From Dehalococcoidia bacterium (GTDB taxonomy: Bacteria > Chloroflexota > Dehalococcoidia > DSTF01 > WHTK01): a stretch of DNA of 40,644 bases. The DNA lies in NCBI GenBank assembly GCA_035292965.1, contig DATDPC010000111.1:1-40644 (forward strand). The letters are read 5' to 3'. The translations under genes and the position numbers were made by a program. Position 1 is the stretch's first letter, and every line of letters starts with the position of its first letter. The notes beneath the pieces were generated by a model, which saw only the letters and a program-made list of their open reading frames with translations, searched no databases and was not told the origin of the DNA. Positions 35,076 through 40,644 of the stretch are shown piece by piece.

Positions 35076-35876
35076 GTGTTCACCGAGGGCTGGGCGGACG
35101 ATCTGACGGGGCCTTTCGGCGTGGGGTTTGCCTTCGCCGCCGGCGTCGTCTCGTTTCTCTCGCCCTGCGTGCTGCCGCTGGTGCCCGCTTACGTCGCGCA
35201 CCTGACCGGCGTCACGACGGCTCCCGAAACGCCAAACGGCCGCCGCGAGACGCTGAGCCACGCGTTCGCCTTCGTCAGCGGCTTCGGCCTCGTCTTCACG
35301 GCGATCGGCGCGTCCGCCGGCCTCGTCGGCGGGCTGGTGAACGACGAGATGCCGACGCTGGAGAAGATCGCCGGCGTCTTTCTGATCGTTCTCGGGCTCA
35401 ACCTGATGGGCGTGATCAAGATCCCGTGGCTGTACCGCACCTATCAGTTCGGACCGACGACGCCGGCGGGAGAGACGCTGGCCTTCGCCGCCGGACCTTC
35501 GGGCGGCCGGGTGCAATCGACGCCGCTTAGCTACGCTCGTTCCGCCGGCTTCGGCGCGGCGTTCGCGATCGCCTGGACGCCGTGCATCGGCCCCGTGCTG
35601 GGGGCGATCCTGACGCTCGCCGCCGCGTCGTCGACGGTGTACCAGGGCGCTTACCTGCTGCTGGCGTACTCGGCCGGGCTGGCGGTGCCGTTCATGATCG
35701 CGGCCTTCGCCGTCGGCAGCGTCACGGGCACGCTGCGGCGCTTTCATCGCTTCTTGCCGGCGCTCGAGGTTTCGATGGGGGCCGTCGTCCTGCTGGTCGG
35801 CGTGCTGATCTTCCTCAACGAGTTCACGTCGCTGAATCAGTACTTCAACTTCCTGCCCGAACTCAACTCGGTCTAG
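35076..35876 (+). CDS. ccdA: Cytochrome c biogenesis / thiol-disulfide electron transporter CcdA (DsbD family)
   Basis: FAAGVVSFLSPCVLPLVPAY and AWTPCIGPVLGAIL (the two conserved Cys-containing TM segments). Confidence 0.88.
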   Translation: MFTEGWADDLTGPFGVGFAFAAGVVSFLSPCVLPLVPAYVAHLTGVTTAPETPNGRRETLSHAFAFVSGFGLVFTAIGASAGLVGGLVNDEMPTLEKIAGVFLIVLGLNLMGVIKIPWLYRTYQFGPTTPAGETLAFAAGPSGGRVQSTPLSYARSAGFGAAFAIAWTPCIGPVLGAILTLAAASSTVYQGAYLLLAYSAGLAVPFMIAAFAVGSVTGTLRRFHRFLPALEVSMGAVVLLVGVLIFLNEFTSLNQYFNFLPELNSV

Positions 35877-35891
35877 CTAGGAGATGTCGAG

Positions 35892-36104
35892 ATGACAAGC
35901 ATGCGAAGCGTTAACCAGACGATGCACGACCCCGTCTGCCACATGGACATCGAGATCAAGGACGCCGCCGGCCGCAGCGATTACGGCGGCCAGGCCTACT
36001 ACTTCTGCGGCGAGGGCTGCAAGCGCGACTTCGACGCCGACCCCGCCGCCGTCCTCAAGGCCGAAGCCGCGTACGACCACACGTCCGGCCATTCGATGCG
36101 CTAA
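35892..36104 (+). CDS. YHS-domain (TRASH-type metal-binding) protein
   Basis: DPVCHMDIE...YGGQAYYFCGEGCKRDFDADP. SD AGGAG. Confidence 0.8.
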   Translation: MTSMRSVNQTMHDPVCHMDIEIKDAAGRSDYGGQAYYFCGEGCKRDFDADPAAVLKAEAAYDHTSGHSMR

Positions 36105-36203
36105 CGCCCCGTTAGGGAAAGACGAAGAGGGCCCCGCAGGGCGGTCACAGCCAACGCAGCGCCGGAATAAGCAGCCCGCGCGGGATGCCGCCACGCCAGT
36201 GGC

Positions 36204-36479
36204 TCAGTGGGACCACCAGACGGAGGCCCAGTACTCCTCAAGCGTGCGCTCGTCGATCTTTGATAGGCCTTGCGCCAGGCGCAGCGCGATCGCCGCCTTC
36301 GCCGGCTCGCCGTCCATGTCCCACGAGAGCGACTGCGCCAGGTAGCCGAGCCGCGTCTCCAGCTCCCGCAGCGTTTGCGACGTGCCGCGCTCCTCGACAC
36401 GCCCGCGGGCGCCGCGCAGCGTCTCCAGCGCGTCGTCCACCACCTTGGCGATGTCGGCCTGCCGCGTCTGCTCGTTCAT
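36204..36479 (-). CDS. Hypothetical protein (91 aa, helical)
   Basis: ORF with normal composition. TATAAT (minus, 36492-36487) ends 7 nt before its ATG. Confidence 0.5.
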   Translation of the reverse strand: MNEQTRQADIAKVVDDALETLRGARGRVEERGTSQTLRELETRLGYLAQSLSWDMDGEPAKAAIALRLAQGLSKIDERTLEEYWASVWWSH

Positions 36480-36486
36480 CGCTTCG

Positions 36487-36492
36487 ATTATA
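36487..36492 (-). promoter_or_regulatory. Candidate -10 TATAAT for a leaderless mRNA of the 36479 gene
   Basis: Minus strand reads TATAATcgaagcgATG. Confidence 0.4.
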
Positions 36493-36529
36493 GGACGCCA
36501 GCCCGCCTCAACCTTAGTGTCTTCCCACC

Positions 36530-36535
36530 TACAAT
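36530..36535 (+). promoter_or_regulatory. Candidate -10 TACAAT for a leaderless MBL-hydrolase mRNA
   Basis: Reads TACAATacgttcATG. No SD. Confidence 0.4.
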
Positions 36536-36541
36536 ACGTTC

Positions 36542-37516
36542 ATGCAGGTCTCTCCCAGCGTCCGCGCCGTCCAGGTGCCCGAGACAAACCCGATGCACCC
36601 GATGTTCACGACGATCTACCTCGTCGGGCGCGACCAGGTGCTGACGATCGACACCGGCGACGATGCCGACCGCTACCGCTGGATGCTGCGAGGCTACCTC
36701 GCGGCGATGGAGCACGCCGAGGTAGCTCAGAGCGCCGTCACGCACTACCACACCGACCACAGCGCCAACCTGCGCTGGCTCCAGGACGAGCTCGGCGTCG
36801 AGGCGCTGGTGCACCGGCCGACGGCGCCGCTGCTCGGCGCGCGCCTGCCGGACCACGGCGTGCGGCTCTTCGACGCCGGCGACGAGCTGTCGCCGGGCTC
36901 GGACGTCCGAGTCCAGACGATCGCCACGCCGGGGCACAGCGCCGACTCGGTCTGCTTCTACATCGAGGAGGAGGGCGTGCTGTTCACGGGCGACACGATT
37001 CTCGGCGGCTCGACAACGCTGGTGACCGACCTCGCCGCCTACCTCGATTCGCTGAATACGCTGCGGGTGCTGCCGAACCTGCGCGTCATCTGCCCCGGCC
37101 ACGGCCCGTTAATCGACGAGCCGATCGCGGCGATCGATTCGTACATCGCCCATCGCGAGGAGCGCGAGCGCCAGGTGCTCGCGGCGCTGGCGACGGGCGA
37201 GGCGAAGACGTCCTGGCAGATCATGGAAGCGCTCTACGACAACCTCGACCCGCGCCTGCGACGCATGGCCGACGCCAACGTGCGTGCCCACCTCGAGAAG
37301 CTGGTCAAAGAAGGCCGCGTCACGCTGCATCCCGGCACGCGCCGCGAAGCGGACGCGGCGGAGAAGGCGCGCGAAGACGCCGAAGAGGCGGCGCGCCAGG
37401 GCGTGATCAAGCAGGCAGACCAGTATCGCGAAGAGGCGCGCCGTCGCGCCCTCATGCGCCAGGAGAGCCCGCCTACGGAGCTATGGTCGGAGCCGCCCCG
37501 CTACGAGCTTTCGTGA
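36542..37516 (+). CDS. MBL-fold metallo-hydrolase with C-terminal winged-helix-like extension
   Basis: THYHTDHSAN (HxHxDH), TPGHSADS, GDTILG, CPGHGP. Confidence 0.85.
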   Translation: MQVSPSVRAVQVPETNPMHPMFTTIYLVGRDQVLTIDTGDDADRYRWMLRGYLAAMEHAEVAQSAVTHYHTDHSANLRWLQDELGVEALVHRPTAPLLGARLPDHGVRLFDAGDELSPGSDVRVQTIATPGHSADSVCFYIEEEGVLFTGDTILGGSTTLVTDLAAYLDSLNTLRVLPNLRVICPGHGPLIDEPIAAIDSYIAHREERERQVLAALATGEAKTSWQIMEALYDNLDPRLRRMADANVRAHLEKLVKEGRVTLHPGTRREADAAEKAREDAEEAARQGVIKQADQYREEARRRALMRQESPPTELWSEPPRYELS

Positions 37517-37569
37517 TCGCCCGCGGTGGCTAGCACCGGGGTGAGCGGCCGAAGCGGCGACCAGGTCTC

Positions 37570-37881
37570 TTAGTACTTCGAGACGATGGAGCCGAGCAGC
37601 GGGCCGGCCTTGTCGAACTCGTTGACGTTCATCGCCGGGTACACCTCTACGTCGCACTCCAACCCCAGCCACAGCGGCTCGGCGATGCGGACCATCTCAT
37701 ACCCTTCTGCGATATCGACGATGAGGAAGAGCGTGCGCTGGCCATCCGCGACGCTGAAGTAAGCCGCATCCGGCTTGACATCGCCCAGGACCTTCTGAAT
37801 CAGCTCCTGCATCTTCGGGCCGCTGCGGAGCATGTCGTTGCCGGCGTCGTTTGGGATCGTTGCTTTGACGATGAAGTGCAT
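37570..37881 (-). CDS. Hypothetical small alpha+beta protein
   Basis: 103-aa ORF with plausible composition. No family confidently recognised. Confidence 0.5.
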   Translation of the reverse strand: MHFIVKATIPNDAGNDMLRSGPKMQELIQKVLGDVKPDAAYFSVADGQRTLFLIVDIAEGYEMVRIAEPLWLGLECDVEVYPAMNVNEFDKAGPLLGSIVSKY

Positions 37882-37954
37882 CTGCTTCCTCCTGCTGAAC
37901 GTTTCGACAGGCGCAATCTATGCGATCACGATCGTAAGGCCAACATGAACAGCG

Positions 37955-37983
37955 TTGACAACCACCTGCCACCGGCCCATATT
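37955..37983 (+). promoter_or_regulatory. Candidate promoter of the DUF4389 gene
   Basis: TTGACA (37955-37960), 17 nt, CATATT (37978-37983). SD AAGGGAG before the ATG at 38024. Confidence 0.45.
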
Positions 37984-38023
37984 CGCCGCAGCGACAGCAC
38001 GCTAGCGACAAGGGAGCGAGACG

Positions 38024-38650
38024 ATGACTGCGGCAGTGATTGAAGAGACGCCGGAGTACCCAATCCGGCTCGACATAGCCCGACCACCGACTCAGTCTCG
38101 CCTCCTCAACTTCCCTCTATACCTCGGAACGATCATTAGGCTGGTCTTGATCATTCCGAGTCTTCTCGTCGCGTATTACGTTTTGTATGCATCCTTCTTA
38201 GCAGCGTATGTCTCCATGTGGGGGATCTTATTCACGGGACGTTATCCGAGAGGGCTTTTCAAACTGGTTGTGGGGAGCCTTCGTTGGTGGACGAACATCA
38301 ATTCCTACATTGCTAGTCTCTTTGACGAATACCCCCCGATGGATCTAGACCAACGACCTGATGTCCCACTCAACTTTGAAGTGGACTATTCAGCGCGACC
38401 AAGCCGGTGGCTCAACTTACCGTTCTTCCCCATCAAGCTCATACTCATCATTCCGCATCTTGTTATTCTTTTCTTCGTTTCAATCGTTGCCGGGATCGTG
38501 GGGTTCATAGCCGCGTTCGCGATTTTGTTCACTGGCTCATACCCGGCAGGATTGCATGCATTTGTCGTGGGCTACCAGCGATGGTGTGTCAGAGTTATTG
38601 GCTACCTCGTTGCGCTGACCGACAAGTACCCACCCTTCAGCCTCAGCTGA
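38024..38650 (+). CDS. Membrane protein with two DUF4389 repeats
   Basis: Two copies of the pattern (I/L)PH/S L(L/V)...FTG(R/S)YP.G(L)...(W/R)W...(Y/N)...L.D.YPP(F/M). GC is clearly lower than in the flanks. Confidence 0.75.
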   Translation: MTAAVIEETPEYPIRLDIARPPTQSRLLNFPLYLGTIIRLVLIIPSLLVAYYVLYASFLAAYVSMWGILFTGRYPRGLFKLVVGSLRWWTNINSYIASLFDEYPPMDLDQRPDVPLNFEVDYSARPSRWLNLPFFPIKLILIIPHLVILFFVSIVAGIVGFIAAFAILFTGSYPAGLHAFVVGYQRWCVRVIGYLVALTDKYPPFSLS

Positions 38651-38679
38651 GCTTCGCCGGCGGATGCTAAGCTGATCGC

Positions 38680-38877
38680 GTGGAGATCCTGCGACAGCGC
38701 GGCTTTCGACTCGCGATCGGCGGTTGCGCGCTTTGCATCGTCAGCGTCATCGCCGAGTTCTTGTTTCTACCGAAGGGGCCGGGGATCGCCGGAATGCTTA
38801 TCGGCGGCACCGGCGTCTGGACCGGCTTCGCCTGGACCCTGGTCGACTACTACCGCTCGCCGCGCAACCGCGCCTAA
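38680..38877 (+). CDS. Hypothetical small membrane protein (2 TM)
   Basis: 65-aa ORF with GTG start and two hydrophobic segments. 4-nt convergent overlap with the next gene. Confidence 0.4.
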   Translation: MEILRQRGFRLAIGGCALCIVSVIAEFLFLPKGPGIAGMLIGGTGVWTGFAWTLVDYYRSPRNRA

Positions 38878-39866
38878 CGAGTCCAGTTAAACGTATCGAC
38901 GAGGCCGTTCGTCTCGGCGATGAGGTTTTGATACTCGGTCGCCTTGCTGGAGCGCTGACTGAGCGCCATGTTGTAGGGCTCCACCATGCCGTTGTACTTC
39001 GTCGTCAGCGTATTCACCTGCGTCACCAGCGGGTCGTAGCGCTCCGTGCGAACCGATAGCGGGATGCCATCCGGAAAGTCCTTCTCGATCTGAGCGATGT
39101 CGGCCTTGACCTGGTCGATCTGGGCTTGCAGCGCGTCCAGCTGGCCCCGAAGCTCGGCGATCGTCCGGTCAAGCGTCTCGACCTGGCCCGACAGCGACGT
39201 GATCTTGGTGCGGTTAGCGTCGATCTGGGCCTGCAGCGGCGCGCGTGCCGTGTTGAGGCGGGCGTCTTCCTGGGCGTGGAAGGCATCCTGCTCGCCGTTG
39301 ATCGTCGATTGCTCTGAGTCCCAGGTGCCGGTTACGGCCTTCTCCAGCTCGTCGCAGGTCGGCTTCGGGCCGATCGCCTCCATCTCGCCCTTGAGGCGCT
39401 CGGCGCCGGACACGTAGATATCGACGTGGGTCTGCTCGTGCTTGGTGACGCCGTCAACGAAGCGCTTCCAGTTGGTCGCGGTCGGCGCGCTCAGCGAGTT
39501 TTGCTCCTCGTGGCGCGGCAGCAGGACGACGAGGTCGATCGTTATCCGCATCGAGGCGACGGAGCAGCTGCTGCGGCTGCTGGTGCGCTGCCACTCGTAG
39601 CTCCACTCGACGGAAGTGAGTCCGTTGCCGCGACGGCCCATCGCGTCGGTCGGGCCGTGGTCGCGGATGTACGAGAAGATCGCCTCCGTCGCGTCGCCGT
39701 AGACGCTGTAGTAGCGGGTGACGCTGCTCTTTTCGAGGACGACATGGTCGCCGCCGCTGGGGGTGTCGTCGCCGTCGTCAGCCTGGGAGCCGCCGCCACA
39801 CGCTGAGACAAGGAGAACCAGGAGCCAGAGGCCCGCGACCGGCGAGGTTCGTCGCGTGTAGGACAC
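38874..39866 (-). CDS. Lipoprotein: DUF922-like predicted Zn-peptidase domain fused to a C-terminal coiled coil
   Basis: Lipobox LVSAC and a TKHEQTH (HExxH) motif. The C-terminal ~150 aa is heptad-rich (LQAQIDANRTKITSLSGQVETLDRTIAELRGQLDALQAQIDQVKADIAQIEKD). Confidence 0.6.
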   Translation of the reverse strand: MSYTRRTSPVAGLWLLVLLVSACGGGSQADDGDDTPSGGDHVVLEKSSVTRYYSVYGDATEAIFSYIRDHGPTDAMGRRGNGLTSVEWSYEWQRTSSRSSCSVASMRITIDLVVLLPRHEEQNSLSAPTATNWKRFVDGVTKHEQTHVDIYVSGAERLKGEMEAIGPKPTCDELEKAVTGTWDSEQSTINGEQDAFHAQEDARLNTARAPLQAQIDANRTKITSLSGQVETLDRTIAELRGQLDALQAQIDQVKADIAQIEKDFPDGIPLSVRTERYDPLVTQVNTLTTKYNGMVEPYNMALSQRSSKATEYQNLIAETNGLVDTFNWTR

Positions 39867-39875
39867 CGGACTATG

Positions 39876-40644
39876 TTAAGCGGAGCCGCGGGGGATTGCG
39901 ACCGTTTCCGCCAGCGTAAGCGCCACCCGCCAGTCCCTGCGCTCACCGATGCCCATCACCTGATACGGGTGCGTCGAGACGTCCGCCTCGATAACGCAGT
40001 CGGTAGGGGCGCCATCCTTGAGCACCCTGAGGTAAAGACGGTGGTTGTTGCCCGTCGCCACGTCGTCTTCGAGCTCGACGTCGAGCGTCGTGTCGAGCTC
40101 GTTGGCGTGCGGGCGGTCGCGGCGCAGGACGATGACGTGCTCGGGCCGGATGCACAGCGCCGCGGCGTCGCCGGGCTGCAGCGCCTCGTTCGGCCGGGCG
40201 CGGGCGCGCAGGTGCGGCGTCTCGATCTCGACGTACGCCTCGGTGCGCGACACAACGGCGCCCTCGAAGACGTTGCGCGCGTCCAGCAACTGAGCGACAC
40301 GCACCGAGGCGGGCTGCCGGAAGACGTCGTCGCGCGGGCCGTACTGCAGCACGGCGCCCTCGTCGTAGACGGCGATGCGGTCGGCGAGCGAGTACGCCTC
40401 CTGCAGGTCGTGGGTGACGAACAGCGCCAGCAGGCCGAGGCGGCGTCGCAGGTTCGCGACCTCGCGGCGCAGGGCGTTGCGGATCGGCGCGTCGAGCGCG
40501 TTGAACGGCTCGTCTAGCAGCAGGACTCGCGGCCGGGCTGCCAGCGCCCGTCCCAGGGCCACGCGCTGCTGCTGCCCGCCGGAAATCGAGCCGGGCAATC
40601 GCGATTCGAGGCCGCCGAGGCCCAGCAGCGCGACCAGCTCGGCG
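39876..40644 (-). CDS. ABC transporter ATP-binding protein (importer type with C-terminal TOBE-like domain), N-terminus outside window
   Basis: Reverse translation continues to the window edge. LSGGQQQRVALGRALA signature, LLLDEP Walker B, THD H-loop, then a ~110-aa beta-rich tail. Confidence 0.85.
   Translation of the reverse strand, partial: AELVALLGLGGLESRLPGSISGGQQQRVALGRALAARPRVLLLDEPFNALDAPIRNALRREVANLRRRLGLLALFVTHDLQEAYSLADRIAVYDEGAVLQYGPRDDVFRQPASVRVAQLLDARNVFEGAVVSRTEAYVEIETPHLRARARPNEALQPGDAAALCIRPEHVIVLRRDRPHANELDTTLDVELEDDVATGNNHRLYLRVLKDGAPTDCVIEADVSTHPYQVMGIGERRDWRVALTLAETVAIPRGSA

Noticed and set aside
36382-37533. 383-aa plus-strand ORF in an alternative frame of the MBL gene.
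   Set aside because: It is extremely Arg/Pro/Ala-rich. The 36542 frame carries HxHxDH and the other MBL motifs.

Overview
High-GC (~65%) bacterial chromosomal segment. It is mostly core housekeeping genes, with several gene-free spacers rich in regulatory RNA and repeats. The lineage cannot be fixed from the sequence; the gene set, repeat types and promoter architecture suggest a Chloroflexota/Thermomicrobia-like or similar monoderm organism (guess only).

Gene order:
- str operon (rpsL-rpsG-fusA, minus strand)
- DUF255/YyaL thioredoxin-domain protein
- hypothetical protein + MFS transporter
- minus-strand operon nrdA-nrdB-DUF4430-membrane protein
- FGE-like/cupin/SnoaL-like genes, divergent from an FmdB-type zinc-ribbon peptide gene
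- Lit-like membrane protein, mazG, thioredoxin-like protein
- zinc-ribbon protein + tandem-CBM surface protein
- cmk-plsC-ispH, then glmS, then xseA
- otsB-otsA, a stand-alone Pta-N-terminal-like (DRTGG) protein, GNAT, zinc-ribbon/PLDc_N membrane protein
- pcrA, glsB-like, xseB-PHP-purN, ccdA-YHS, MBL hydrolase
- a low-GC DUF4389 gene, a DUF922-coiled-coil lipoprotein, and a partial ABC ATPase

Features absent from the ORF track:
- a cobalamin riboswitch with tandem NrdR boxes ahead of nrdAB
- a glmS ribozyme
- at least four palindromic/tandem repeat families, one copy lying in frame inside a CDS
- a 157-nt element with nested helices in an 826-bp gene-free spacer
- many TAnnnT -10 hexamers placed 6-8 nt from start codons that lack a Shine-Dalgarno sequence, implying leaderless mRNAs

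Best candidate for an undescribed system: a transcobalamin-like (DUF4430) lipoprotein and a small polytopic membrane protein appended to the B12-riboswitch-controlled class Ia RNR operon. This could be an ATPase-less B12 scavenging module.

No tRNA, rRNA, CRISPR array, transposase or integrase was recognised.
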